From the human T2T-CHM13v2.0 reference genome, Homo sapiens, in NCBI RefSeq assembly GCF_009914755.1, contig NC_060946.1: a stretch of 64,000 nt of DNA; one strand, written 5' to 3'. The position numbers were made by a program, and so were the translations under genes. Positions 16,952 through 38,040 of this stretch are shown here, piece by piece (position 1 is the first letter of the stretch; every line of letters starts with the position of its first letter). The notes under the pieces are model-generated. The model was not told where the DNA came from and did no database searches. It saw only the letters and a program-made list of their open reading frames with translations.

Positions 16952-18115
16952 AAACATTTTGCTTTGAATGAGCCCAGCAGGTGTACAAGGAACATGATAT
17001 ACCACTAGCTAGTCTGAAGCTTGGGAAAAGAAAGAAAGCAGAAAAAAGATAACAGCAAGAGCTTATTTTGTATATTGAACCCCAAACAAGTGTGTGTCCA
17101 CCAACCTGCTAGGGCCTGGGGACAGCCCTGATGGAGGTGAGTGGGGACCCCCACTTCTCAGAGGAGAAACTGAGTCTCAGGGAAGTTCAGGGACTTGCCT
17201 GGGGTTACTGAGCACACAGAGCAGAGGAGAGATCGCACCTGTCTGCATTCTCCCACCTGCTCCTAATCCCCTCCAGCCAGGCTGGGCTTTTCCTCACAAT
17301 GAGATGGGGTGTGGAAGACAGAAACCCAGTGAGAGTGGCCTCTGTGGAGAGGCCGCCGTGCAGGGAAGGAGGCAGGGTGGGGCCTGGGGCCAAGCTCCCT
17401 GCACAGCCATGACAGCCATGTCCCTGGTCTCGACTCCCCAGGGTCTCCTGCTCCTGGTCACTGCACTGTTGGTGGTTGGCGCTGGGAGAACAGGAGCACT
17501 CCCTGGGTAGTCTGACACACAGGATGTGTCTCGCCTCAAAGCAGAAATGAAACCGGCACAGTTCTCCTTGTGAGACACCCCCTCGCCACTTTCGTCTCTC
17601 TCCTGCAGGAACCAGGAGAGTGGCTGCCACCACTGGAAGCCAGATTGGAGGACAACAGAGAAACTGGCCAGCTCTGGGGTCTGACCCATGCAGGGAGCTG
17701 GGTGTCCACCCCCCACTGCACACATCTTGGGATTGCTTTGTGCATACCCCCTTGGGCTGCAGGTCACAGTGATCACAAGATACTGTTCCTATTAGGTTTG
17801 ATGATGTAGACTCTAAGGGAGCTGCCCCTTTATACAAGTCCCTGTGTCCCAGTGGAATCACAGCCAGCCCATCGCCGCGGGAGGGAGATTTGTTTGTGGT
17901 TTATTCGCTCATTTGTTGTTTACAGGTTTAGTCACCGTGCTTTCCACACATACGTATTAACAGTCACCCATGTGCCAGGCATCGTGTAGATGCAGGAGGA
18001 AGGATATTAAACAAAAAATTACACAAATAACGATTTTTAGGGTTGTGAAGTAATAAGTATAGTTGTGAAAAGTGCCCAAAAGACAAAGGAGAGGCCACTG
18101 TGAAAGGTGTAAGGG

Positions 18116-18613
<498 letters not shown>

Positions 18614-19491
18614 CTATTCTGGGGCCTAGGGAAGGCTTCTGAATGTTTCCATGGAGACCTGATGGAAGGCCAAGGGAGAGGAAGGGGCAGGTGCAGCAGG
18701 AGAAGGAAGCAGAACCAATTGCGCAGGACCGTGTGTGCTGCGGAAGGGTGTCTTGTCTATGTCTTGAAAAGAAGGAACGTCTAGAAGGGTGGGTGACCTT
18801 GGGCAAGCCTTCCTCTTCTGTTAGCCTCAGTTTCCTCATCTTTTCAACAGGGACATGTTTGCCCTCCTTGCAAGGTTGTTGAAGAGCTCTTCAGTTAAGC
18901 ACCTAGCACAGCACCTGCCACCTTGGAGGTGCCCAATAAGTGGAGCCATTGGCCTAATGGTTGTGACAGAGGTGGGGCAGGAATCCAGGCTGCGTGCCCA
19001 GCTCGCCTTCCAGCAGCTGCCCCTGCAGTCCCTGTCTTCTTCCAGGGCTGCTTCTAGGAGACACTGAGCCAGGAGCTGTCACTGGGCTGAACACATTGGC
19101 CCGAGTTCCAGCTCACTCTCTGCTATAGTGTTCCCCTGCTGTCATATCACTGCCCTTTGCCAGCCAGGTTAACGCAGCCTGGGAAAAGGCTGGGGTGAGT
19201 CTACAGCTACGGTCAGCCTTAGAAGCTGTTGTCCCCCCTCCCTCCTCCCACCTTCCACAGTGCCCCAGGCTCCAGCTAGATGACCTAGTCAGTCTTTGCA
19301 GATCCCTAATTCCTGTGATTAGCTGGGTAACCACGTACTCTGCAAGTGAGATGCAGGGTGGCACAGAGCTGGCAGCCCCAGGCTTGACCAGCAGTAGGAC
19401 TACATCATTCTGAGAGTGCAGCCAGGTTGGACTCCCTCTCTCCTGATTCAGGGAAGGAGTCTTCCTAAAGCAGGAAGGAGCTGATCATTGA

Positions 19492-19866
<375 letters not shown>

Positions 19867-20329
19867 TAGTTTTAACAACAGACCCCTGCTGTGGGTCCTG
19901 TTGGCTGCATTTTACAGATAAGTACCTGAGGCTTGAGGGTCACCCATCTGGCAAGTGACAAAAAGGCTGGATTCTATTCCAGGTCACCATGACCTTACCC
20001 AGCCCCTAACTCTGAGTGGCCGACCTTTGGGCTATGTTTTGTTGTATTTGGGATTTCATTCAGTTTCATTGTAGGAGTCCTGGAAACGAGATGGGGGAGC
20101 CTGAGCTTTGATCTCTTCCTGTGGTAGGTGGCTGCAGAAACTGCTGCCGCTCTTTCTCAGGAGTGTCCCAGGATGATCAAGCTGGAACCACCTCAGTGAT
20201 GAATATGGCCATCCCCTTGTCCACATAGGGGAAACTGAGGCCCAGAGAAGGGAAGCAACTTGCCTGAGGTTACAAGGTTGGTCAGTGGAGCTGGGGCTCT
20301 CCTGGTGCCCTCCTCCATTGGCTTTCTAT

Positions 20330-22682
<2,353 letters not shown>

Positions 22683-24432
22683 TGATTCCTCTCTGCCTTC
22701 AAGTAATAATACTTACGCCACTTTTCACATTCAGTGCCCTTCAGTGGCTTCCTGTTTCACTCAAGAGAAGGAGAAAACCCCACCTACCTATCCAGCAACA
22801 TGTGAGCCTCCACCTACCTCTCCAGCCTCATCTTGCATGCTCTTTCCTGTTGGTCACCGCCCTGCAGTCGTACCAGCCTCACTGCAGTTCTTCATGTGAT
22901 TTATGTTCATCCCACACCAAGCACTCTCCCTGGAATATGCTTTCCCTCCATCTTCACCTGGTGAATGCCTACTCTTCCTTCTTTCGATCTCAGCTCGGCC
23001 ATTACTATCTCAGCCTTCCATGACCTCCGACTAGGGGAACCCTCCTTATATCACACTCTCAGAGTAACATGTGCCTCTGCTGTAGCCTTCATCACAGCCG
23101 TCAGTTTACACTTATTCCTTCAACTTGAATTAATGTCAGCCTTTTCTAATCAACACTAAGCTCCACAGGAACAGAGACCATATCATTCTTTGCTCACCTT
23201 GGTACTCCTAACGTTAGAACAGTGCCTTGCACATAGAAGATATCTCGTAAATAATAAATGAATGAATGAGTAATGAGAAAGCCTTTGGGTTAGACGGTCA
23301 TCCTTCAGACCAAGCCCAAAACTTCCCCAAGAGAAAATCTGCTGCCTTTGAATAAAACCAGCCTTTCTCACTGGCCTCCTGCCATGGGACAGAAACAGCC
23401 TTCTTGACTTCCAGTGAGTTCTGCCGGCTAGAGACGTGACCTTGGGTGGTCACAGGGTACCCGTGGAGTAGGAAAAGCCTTTGTCCCTCTAAGCTGAGAT
23501 AGAAACTGGATATGAAACCACAATGCAATGGAGAAGTCTGTCTCATTTCCTGAGCTCAGCCATTTCTCAGTGCCAGGCACTTTCAGCTCTTCCTTCCCTC
23601 TTCAAACAGGGTCACTTACCGTGTCCTGATGGTGGAATCCTCTACTTTGGTTTTTCTGGCCAGCAGTGTTTTCTTTAATGGGTTGGAGCAAAGGTTCTCA
23701 AAGGCCTACAGACCTGGGCCAGTCCCCCACAGAGTCAGCACCAGGACATGGTGAAATCAGAGAAACAGGGACAAAGTCGGGAGTTTTTATGAAGATAAAT
23801 TAATTCTGAAATTGTCTGCCCTACTTTTTTCTGTGTCAGGATGCCCTTTCTTTTATGAAACAAGGGTGCTAGGAGTTGGCCATTTTTTTCAGTGTCCTTG
23901 TTTGTCAAAATCACCTATTTAATTTTCTTTTGAAATTTACTGGTCTGTGGACAGTGGCTGAGCCAGGATGAGAACTTGGATTTTGTAGTTCCAGGTTTGC
24001 AGTCTCTCCCCTCTGCCACCCCTCCCTGGAGAGGATCAGATGCAGGGGAGACAGGACGGCTGGCTGTAAATTATTGACGGGCTGCCATGTGGAAGAGGGG
24101 AAGCACTGGTTCTGTAACCAGGGAGCAGAGTCAGGGTCACTGGGTAGCAGTTTCAGAGGGGCATATTTCAAGTGGGTTAGAATAAACTCTTTGACAGGCA
24201 GGAATTCAACAATAGAATGGGCTACCCCACCCATGGTGGCCAGGCACAGGTGTGGCAGCCATATTTGGGCTGTTGGAGGGACTATCCCCGCCTGCGGGTA
24301 CTGGTTAAGGATTTTGGCCTTGGATTCAAATCGACCTGGGTTTCAGCACTAGTTTTACCACTTTTTATCTGTGTGACCCGGGGCAAATCAGTTTCCTGCT
24401 GTTTAAAATGGGGGTAAATCACGCCTCCCTCA

Positions 24433-25116
<684 letters not shown>

Positions 25117-25582
25117 TTCCAAACATTCATTCATCCATATACCCATCCATCCATACACCTACTCATCCAACTCGTGTTCATCCAAACATCCATCCATCCA
25201 TCCATCCATCCATCCATCCATATATACATCCATCTATCCATTCATGCATCTATACATATACCTATTGATCAAATTCTTGTCCATCCATCCATCCACCTAT
25301 TTATCCAACTTCTGTTCATCCAAACATCCACCTATCCATCTATCTACCCATCCATCCATTCATGCATGCATGCATCCATCCATACATACATACATACACT
25401 CACTCATCCGTCTATATACCCATCCATCCATGTATCTATTTATCTAATTCCTGTACATCCAAACATTCATTCATCCATATACCCATCCATCCATACACCT
25501 ACTCATCCAACTCATGTTCATCCAAACATCCATCCATCCACCCATCCATCCATCCATCCATCCATCCATCCATCCATCCATG
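25117..25582. repeat. Compound (CATC/TCCA)n satellite-like repeat
   Basis: Direct; abuts the 3' end of a minus-strand L2. Confidence 0.9.
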
Positions 25583-25589
25583 TTTCAAG

Positions 25590-26290
25590 CAGAGAACAAG
25601 ACAAAATCACTGCATTCATGAAGCTTAAATTGAGTGAGGCAGGGCTTGCAGATATAAATCAAATAATAGTAAATAAGGGTAAAATTGTGACAATGATAAG
25701 TGCTACAGACATAAAGGGCACATGGTGCTAGGAGAGTCCATCACAGGGCAATCTGACCTAGTCATGAAGGTCAGCAAAGGCTCTCCAAGTGACCATAAAA
25801 CTGAGAACTACAGGGTAAGCAGGATTAAGTAGAAGAATTGGGGAGGAAAAAATGTTCAGGAAGAGAGGGAAGGGCACGCACAGGGCAAGATAAAGTTGGG
25901 AAGTAGGCCTGACCATGCAGTGCTCTTGGGCATGCTGAAGATTTTGATTTTGATTCTTAGAGGTTCTAAGCAAGGAGCAGGTGACAGGATCAGATTTGTA
26001 TTTTTAAGAGATTATTTTGGCTGTGGTTACAGAAGATGGAAGCGGGGGATGGGATGAGCAAGTGTGAAAGCCGGAGGCCTGTGGGAAGCCAATGTAGATG
26101 TCCAGGAAATTCATGATGGAACCTTGGACTGGGGAGGTGATGGGGGGAGGGGAGGAGTGGATGGACTTGAGGGCCATTTAGGAGATAAAATGGACATGAT
26201 TGGGCCATGGGTTTTGTGGGAAGGATAAGGGTGAGGGAGTTATCTAGGATGACACCCAGGTTTCTGGATAAAACTGTTGCCAGGCAACAG
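25590..26290 (-). mobile_element. L2 LINE remnant
   Basis: L2-type motifs (GAACAAGACAAAATC, GATCAGATTTGTATTTTTAAGAG, GATGACACCCAGGTTTCTGG). Confidence 0.65.
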
Positions 26291-28558
26291 AGAGAAAGCC
26301 AGAAGGGAGTGGGGAAGGGGTGGGACACATTTTCCCTTGCAGTTGTTTTTATGCCCATGTTTGCAAAATAAAGGGTGTTGGAGGTGTGGGCGTGCACAGC
26401 TCCCTGACTGCCCACCCAAGGATAAGAAGACTGGTTTAAGAAGATTGCATGTTGCAGGGTAAAGGGAGCTAGGTCTTCTACTCTGGGCTCTGCATGCAGG
26501 TAACTGTGTGACTTCACTCCCCTGGCCCAGGACTCTGAAACCGACATCCCTCCTTGTCTGGCAATTTCATGGCAAAAAGCAGCCTGAGTCGTATTTGTCC
26601 ACTCATGCTATTTACAGGACTCCTCCTTGGGAAGTTATTTCTTGTAGATCCACTTTATCCAGAGCCTGAAGGTGAAAAATCATCAAGTCTAGAATGTGAG
26701 ATCTGAAAGGAATCACAGAGCCCATTTTCCCAATCTTCTAATTTTACACTGGGGCAGCCCCCGTGTCTGACCCATGTCTCTATGCTACTCTACTACCTTG
26801 CCTACAGGAAGAGAGGTTAAGGAGTTTGTCCAAAGCCACAAAGCTATTGGGCATAAGGAGGTGACCCCACATTCCTTTTCTTACTTTGGGGGTGGGGATT
26901 CTTCTGCAGCCTGCAGTTATTTCCTAGGACAGTGGGGCTAGGTAGAGCTGTGGCGATGAGCTAAGATCATAGACACAGGTGATGCTGAGCATCTGGGGGA
27001 ATAATTCATCTGAAGCTGTGCCCTGCTGAGTTGGAGTCCTTTCTGACTCTTTAAAGATGCCTCTTGTCATGCACCCAGTCGTGACTCCTGAATATCCTCC
27101 TGGGGTTGCAAGATGCTCTTTGCAAAAAAAAAAAAAAAAAGGAATGCAGAAAACCCAGCCCACCCCCTGAAAATGAGACATAGAGACAAAAAACATGGTT
27201 TGAACCTCACTGCTTAGGTTTCCATGGTGGCTCCACTCTGCTGCCCTTCCCATTGGCTAGGTGTCCTGCTCCAGCTTTAGCAACAGAGACTCAGATACTC
27301 ATCTCCTTCCTGATTGGCCAGGCTGTGCTGCAGTGCCATGGCAACAGAGGCAGGGGGACCAGTCTCTGCAGAACAACTTGAGTCACCATCTACCTGGGGT
27401 GGGCTGAGATCCAGAGAACTGCCTGTGGGGGATGGAAAGGGGAACAGGTAGCCCCCACCTAAGCTCACAGTCAGGTGGGAACCTCCCCGCCACCAGTTGC
27501 CCAGGGGTTTTGGAGGCTGGCGGGCTTCTCCTCCTCATCTTGTCTACCCTGTATCTTGCAGCTTCTTCCAGCCTTTTCTTGCTCCATGGGTCCTGTCTCC
27601 CTCAGAAGAAAAATCACACCACTAGCAGTGCCAGAGGTTAACTCATTCGCCCAAAGTCGTGCAAGTTACTAATAAAGGCCAGGGTTTGAACTCGTATTTA
27701 TATTGCCTGGTTTAAAGGCTTTAGAGGGGCTTTGCTAGAGAATCCAGGGGTCCTCTCAGTTTTAATATCTATCCCCTTTTTATTCACCAAACAGCAAATG
27801 CATTTCAAAGCAGTCTTTCATCTAAATTATCTCATCATCTCAACAACCCTATGAGTTCGGTAAGTCAGAGATTAATGACCCATTTTATAGATGAGGACAC
27901 TAGAGCCCAGAGAAGGCAAATTATTTGTTCCATGACACACAGCACATTAGTGCCAGAGCCGGGCCTTTAACCCAGGCCTTCTGAATCCTTGTCAGAGGTC
28001 TACCTTCCAAACCACTGACCTATCTATACCAGGGGGGTTCCAGGAGGGTTGGAGGCCCTCTGAGGGCTTCTCTGAGTGGTCTCCTCTGTTACAGAAGCCA
28101 GTTAGAATCAGGCAGTCCGTTGTGGACCAAGGGTTCATACCATAGCCCTAGTCTCGGCCAGGCAACCCCTCAATGTGACCCTGGTCTCCAGGAAGGGTCT
28201 GTTTTTAACTGCAAACCTTGCTCTTCCCCTCAACCCCCATTTGCCAACAGGTGAAGAAGTACTCATAAGCTTACCTGCAATCGGTTTTACTGTTTCTGTG
28301 TGCTTGAAGCTGTGCTGGGCATGCATGTTCTCATTGAATTCTCATCACAACCTTAGGAGTTCGGTCTTCACTGTCCACTCCTAATAGATGCAGAAACTGG
28401 TGCTCAGGAAGGTCAAGCCGCATCCCCAAGGTCACACAGTCATGGAGACATAATACCAACACAAGTCCACCTAACCTAAAGGAGCCTGGCTTGAACTACG
28501 GTGATGCTCTCTCTGTTCCCACAGAATGCAGAATGATAGCTAAAAGAGGCACCTGGAA

Positions 28559-28822
28559 TCACTCCTGTAATCCCAGCAGTTTGGTAGGCTGAGATGGGTG
28601 GATCACAAGGTCAGGAGTTCGAGACCAGCCTGACCAACATGGTGAAATCCTGTCTCTACTAAAAATACAAAAATTAGCCAGGAGTGGTGGTGCATGCCTG
28701 TAATCCCAGTTACTCAGGAGGCTGAGGCAGGAGAATCCCTTGAACCCGGGAGGCGGAGGTTGCAGTAAGCTGAGATCACGCCACTGCACTCAAGCTTGGG
28801 TGACAGAATGAGACTCCATCTC

Positions 28823-28853
<31 letters not shown>

Positions 28854-28855
28854 AG
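28559..28855 (+). mobile_element. Alu
   Basis: Alu consensus. Confidence 0.9.
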
Positions 28856-29649
28856 GCACCCTGGAGCTGATTCTTTTTCTCTTGGGTATGCATTTTTTCC
28901 TCAACTGAAGCTGTGGCTACTGGACCAATTCCTTGGCACTGGAAAAAGCAGACTCTGAGGACTCTGAGGGACTTGGAAATAGTTGGCCCCTGGGAAGTGA
29001 CTCAGTGTCCCCAACACTCTCTCCCATTGCCCAGTTTCTCAGCTTGGTGATCTTACAGAAGGGCGTGGCTGGGCTGCTGGTAATTTGCAGCTGACCTGGT
29101 GGAGAGAAGCCCCAGTAACTTCCTTGGCCTGAATCTAAGCCCCTGCTGAAAATGAACATTTTGGCAGTTTCCTTTTCTTCCTACTCAACTTGGGCTCCCT
29201 GAAGCTCTTGCCCCTGAAACACAGCCCAGACACCTGGCCTGCCCTCCTGCCCTCCTGCCCTCCCAAGGGCACCGGTTTTGGAAGACACAACCAGGCAGGA
29301 GTTCCCACCTGCCACGCTGCTCCCCCAAGCACCACAGCAGCAAGGGGCAGGCACACAATCTCTCCATCAACAATTACACAGCTTCTCTGTGCCAGACACC
29401 ACACACACAGGCTCAAGGGAGATGGTAGGGAACAAACCATTCTGGCCCCTGCCCTCATGGAAACTGCAGCCTCGTGGCGGAAATGCACTGCAGGTCCATA
29501 AGTGAATACATCATGGTTTCAGACAGTGATAAATGCCTTGGACAGGATGAAACAGGATAACGGCATAAACAGCAATTGGTGGGGGTTTGAGGAGGGAGGG
29601 AAGGGACTGAAGGGGAAGGGAGCAGGCACCTGAATGAGGAGGAGGCAGT

Positions 29650-30846
<1,197 letters not shown>

Positions 30847-30951
30847 TCATCCATGTCGAGATCTCTGGGAAGAGTGTTCCGGGCAGAGGAAAAGCACCTG
30901 CAAAGACCCTGGGTTAGGATGGCATCCAGAGACCTGAGCCTTGAACAATGG

Positions 30952-31461
30952 TGTGATGGTTGATACTGAGTGTCAACTTGATTGGACTGAAGAATACAAA
31001 GTATTGATCCTGGGTGTGTCTGTGAGAGTGTTGCTAAAGGATATTAACATTTGACTCAGTGGGCTGGGAAAGGCAGACCCACCTTTAACCTGGGTGGGCA
31101 CCATCTAATCAGCTGCCAGTGCTGCTAGAATGTAAACAGGCAGAAAAAATGTAAAAGAGAGACTGGTCTAGCCTCCCAGCCTACATCTTTCTCATGTGCT
31201 GGATGCTTCCTGCCCTCGAACATCGGACTCCAAGTTCCTCAGTTTTGAAACTGGGACTGGCTCTTCTTGCTCCTCAGCCTGCAGACGGCCTATTGTGGGA
31301 CCTTGTGATCGTGTGAGTTAATATGTAATAAACTCCCCTTTATATATATATATACACACATATATATACATACACCCATATATATACATATATATACACA
31401 TATACACATATATATATATATGCCATTAATTATGTCCCTCTAGAGAACCCTGGCTAATACA
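30952..31461 (+). mobile_element. MLT2A1 (HERV-L) solo LTR with 5-bp TSD AATGG
   Basis: TGTGATGG...CTAATACA termini; perfect TSD at 30947-30951 and 31462-31466; AATAAA at 31327; internal (TA/CA)n; matches the recalled MLT2A1 consensus. Confidence 0.88.
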
Positions 31462-32301
31462 AATGGGTTCCTCTACTCCCTTAGTTTCCTGTCCTGTAAA
31501 GTGGGAACTAAGGATGTCTCCCTGGCTCCTTATAGGAATACAGGATGTAAGATGCTTTGCTTCAAGGCTGGGTTAGGATTTTGGTTATTGGCCAGTGGCA
31601 GGGAGGAGAGGCCAACACAGGAGCTCAGCTTGGCTTCCCCCAAGCTCACCAGCGTTTGTTGAGCACTGTCTGGCAGGAAGGCACAGTGCTCAGCACCACA
31701 GGTCATAGCTGGGGAGTCTGAGGGTTGCTGATCTTGCCAAGCTTATGGGATAAAAAGATTGCTTGCTGCCCCGGATGTGACTGAGACATACCAGATGCAT
31801 CTCAGAAGAAAAGAGCTGGGAGGACTGTGGGGCTCAGGGAAGGCCTGGAGGAGATGGGGTTCCAACAGGGCTTTGAGGGGCACATAGGATTTGGCTGAAG
31901 GAGGGGAAACTGTTGATAGGAAAAGTATAAGCGGCTGTGGAATTTAGTAATTCAGTGCAACAAATGTTTGCTGAACCCCTACATACGCCACGTGAACGGG
32001 ACAGACAGAGGCACTGTGAGGATCCAGAGGAGACACAACACAGGTCTTGAAGTGATGATGCTTCAGAGGCCTGAGGATGAGTCAGGTCAAGCACAGTGGG
32101 GCACTGGGAGGAGGAGATGATACCAAGAGGGTTCCAATGAAAGGACATCTGCAAAGGACAGAGGGGAGGGAGGGCTTGAGTTTCTCAAGTAAAGGCAATG
32201 AGCTGTGTCTAAAGCAGAGGGTCCATGTGGAAGAGAGTGGAGGGATGAGCTCAGGGCCAAACTGGTCTCATGGGCTAACTAAAGACTTCGTCCTTTTTCC
32301 T

Positions 32302-32986
<685 letters not shown>

Positions 32987-34236
32987 AAGTGTGGGATCAT
33001 GGAAAGGTTTTAAGCAGGGCGAGGACAAGGTCAGATTTACGTTTTGGGAAGCTCCCAGGATTCGTGGGAAAATAGACTGGAGGGAGACCAGGAAGGGGCG
33101 GGGGATGAGGTTCCTCCTATTGTCCTGGCCAAAGAAGTGGAGGTCACCACCAGGAATGGGGCCATTGCATCATGTCTTCCAACACATCTGCCTCCCGGAC
33201 TAGGCATGTGGCCTTGGATAAACCCTAGCTGATGAAGCCCCAGAGGGCTGCAGGCCAGTCAGACCCCAGCTGTGCCATGTGAGCCCCTGGCATGGTTTAC
33301 TCCCTCCCAGATGCTCATCTGCCAAACAAAGGGGTCAGATGATCAGAGAGATTGTCCATGAGGGCCCTTCTGCTTCTGCCATCCTGGGGCCCTCCACCCA
33401 TCCTCTCTCTGATACCTCTCCTGGCGTGGGCCCACCAGGGTGAAAAGTCCAAACCTGAGATGCTTGGCTCCCAGGTCATCCTTCCTGTGCCTCCTTGCTC
33501 CTTCTTCCCTCCCACCATCACTCTGCCCAGTGAATGCCTGAAGGGACCCCGTGTCTCCTCTCTCCAACCTCAGGTCCCAGGCCTGGTTTTGGAGAAGGGT
33601 CTCAGCCTGTGTTGACAGCCTGCGATGGGTGAAGCTAGGTCTTCGGCATCACTCGTTTCATTGAATCTTCACAGCAGTGCTACAAGGAAAGCATCATTCC
33701 CATTTCACAGATAAGGGGGACTGAGGCTCAGCAGTGCACTTGCTGACCCAGTCACACAGCTGTGCAGGGGGCAAACCTGGAGTGGAGTCCAGGTTGGGCT
33801 GGCACCAGTGCTCTGCTCTCCCGCTGTCTCAATGGAATGTACCCAGGAGCCCCTAATCCCCCATTGATTTAGTGTTCGGGCTTGGTCAGCAGTCTTCTTG
33901 TCCCACTGCAGGCATGTGCAGCCCCGGCTCTTTCTGAGTTAAGCCAGGGACTGAAATGGGTCGGCAGAATGCTCATCTGTTGGGCGCTTTATGGTTTATA
34001 AAGCCCTTTCCCTTCTGTGCCCTCCTCACAACCCCATGGAGACTCTGCACGGCCCCTCCAGCTCTTAGAGGCTGCATTTTGCGCAGTGAAGGCCACATTA
34101 AATATTAACAGGGCAGCTCCTGGCCCCGCTGTGACGTCAATTACGGGGCCGCTTGGTGAGGGCTGCGGATGCCTTTCCAAGGTGAAGCGGTGACCGGAAT
34201 TCAGCTGGCTTGAATGGTGTCCCAGGAGGCTGGCTG

Positions 34237-34568
34237 TCAGGACTCGGAGAAGATGTTGCTAATGTAAGGTGTGGCAGGAATCCAAAAGCTTTCCTCTGAT
34301 CTTCCTGGCTCCCTCAGGGCCTGGTGGCATCCTGAGGCTAGCGAGATGCATTCAGTCATTTGGCAGATATTTATTGAGCACCTGCTATATGCCAAGCACA
34401 GTGCGAGGCTCTGCGGAGACGGCTGTGAATGTGATGAGGTCTTTGCATAGTGGTGCTCCCTGTGTGATTGAAGAAAGGGAGAAATCCAGCTCTGTGGGCT
34501 AGGGCAGGTGCCCACTCCAGCGTGAGGCCAAGGGATCCTTCCAAAAGAAGTCAGGTTGATACTGAAAC
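34237..34568 (-). CDS. C22orf24: C22orf24 / YWHAH-AS1 putative ORF, last coding exon (G)FSINLTSFGRIPW...ISNIFSES*
   Basis: Minus-strand acceptor cttcttcttcag| at 34569; joins 38035 in frame to give 160 aa matching the recalled C22orf24 protein; protein existence doubtful (treated as lncRNA). Confidence 0.65.
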
Positions 34569-34679
34569 CTGAAGAAGAAGCCCAAGTTAGGTAGGGAAAG
34601 AGGAGGGGTGAGAGAATAGACATAGAGAATACCTTTCGAGGTCGGATCCTGGTTCTACCTGTTCGTAGACATTTATCTA

Positions 34680-36038
<1,359 letters not shown>

Positions 36039-37904
36039 GATAAGGAACCAGCGGTCTGAGACCGACAAAGTGGCATGCACAAGGCTACACAATTAGCAAG
36101 TGGGGCCCAGGATTTGGGAACAACCCGTTGCTGGCAGAGCTTCCCATCAGTCCACCATGCTGTGCTGCCTCTTGGAGTAAGAAAGCCAAACTGAATTGTC
36201 TCCAAGATCTTTATTATGGGTCTGTGATTCTGTGAGTTCCCTGCTGCCCCCGGCCTTCAGGGCTCAATGACTTCATGGGGAAGCCATTTCAGGTTGTGCT
36301 GGTCCTCCAACTGTCCCCATTTCAAGTAGGTAACATCCCCGTAGGCAGCACTCCCTCCCTCCCTCAGACACAACCTCATTCCTCCTGAATGAAGAGGTCT
36401 AGTGAGGACAGGGACATGCCCTTTTTATTCTCCCCCCACTGCACCGCCCACTCACCCTGACATGCCCATTTTATGGAAAAGAAAACTGAAACTCAGGTCC
36501 AACAACTTGCCCAGGTTTCCCCAGTTACTATGGAAGAGCTAGGATTTGAGGCTGGGTCTGGTAACTCCAGATCTTGTACTCTAAGTAACTGCAAGCTGGC
36601 CAGATTCAGCAGGACAGCCCTCCTCCTCCTCTGAGCTCCCTCCCGGCTTCTGCAATCCTGCCTGCCTTCCCCCTTGCTCCCTCCCTCTTCTTGCCTTTCA
36701 CTCAGCTGTCACTTAATGTTAGCTGTCAGCTGATTTCAGGTGTTCCCCTTCCTGGGGTGGAAGGGGAGAGGACCAAAGATCTTGGCCATTCACAAAGGGG
36801 GCTCTGGTGATGGGAGTTTTGTAATACGCAGAAGGTGTAACCAAATTCAATTCAGCATTCATGGAGCAGCGCCTGGATCCAGGACACTCAGCCAGGCATC
36901 CCAGGGACTCAGATGGTGAATGAAACACAGGCCCCATTCTCCAGTGCTTACAGTCTATTACAAAGGAAATGGCTGCTTCCTAAGGAAGTGGGAAGCAGAA
37001 GGTATAAGTAACAAAGAGTGTGAACCTTATAGTCAGAAAGACCTGGGTTCAAATCCTAATTCTTCATCTAATAGCAGCATGACTTTGGGTAAGAGGATGC
37101 CTTCCTGAGCTTTAATTTTTCCATCTGTTTAATGGGTGTAAGAAGAATAGCTCCCATATTAAATGAGATCTTATACTGCATTAAATGACATAACAAAGTG
37201 CTTGATGCCCAGTAGCAAGCCACAGACATTCCTACCAATGTCACTCTAGGCAGACAGTGGATACCAGAGTCACAGTGGGAGTAGGTGGAAGGCGAGAGTA
37301 CTTCTTGTTGGAGAAACTGGGAAGGCTCTTTAGGGGAGGTAAGATTTCGGCTGGGTATTAAAGGAATGTAAGAAGAAGAGAATGGGGTGGAGGGATGGGA
37401 AAGGACATTCTGGAAACTCATGGGCAGAATCTGGGAACCTGGTGGGCCTAATGTGTCCAGGGAGTGGGTGATGACCTTGAGAAGATGGGCCACGGGCAGG
37501 TTATGAAGGGCCAGGTAGAGGAAGTTATATCTTTAACGAGGGAATGGATCCTACCCACGACCCCAGGGGCAGCTCAGTGCTGTCTCTGCAGAAGCCAGCC
37601 AGCCTCCTACAGGAGTTGGCCTTCTCATGTGGCTGTGGTCCTCTCAGATCCCTTTATCTCCTGAGTCAGGGCCAGCCTGCCACCATTATCTACAAGAAGA
37701 CAGAAGGCTATAACAATCTGCTTGCCTCCTACTAACATACTGGGGAGGAAAAGATGTTTTTTAGCATAGTTGCCTGGCAGAGAACCATGGTGAAAATTCA
37801 GTGACCCTCTCCCTTGCTTCTCAGGGTACAGTTTCAGCAGCAGCTGATGACAGTTATGCTCATAGCTCAACAGCTACAAGAATGTTCTCAGACTCTCTGA
37901 AGGT

Positions 37905-38040
37905 CAGGGGCAGTGGTGGGAAGAATGGTGAAGATGGAGCAGAGCCCCTGCTCTCTGTGCTGTGGCTGGGCAAGACACTTAACCTCCCTGGGACTCAGTT
38001 TCCTCATCTGTAAAATCAAAACAATAATACTGACCTTGCC
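37905..38040 (+). mobile_element. MIR
   Basis: MIR core GGGCAAG..ACTTAACCTC.CTG..CTCAGTTTCCTCATCTGTAAAAT. Confidence 0.75.

Noticed and set aside
17094-17861. Several overlapping 138-218 aa ORFs
   Set aside because: GC-rich intergenic sequence with MIR remnants, no recognisable domain and no coherent splice pattern
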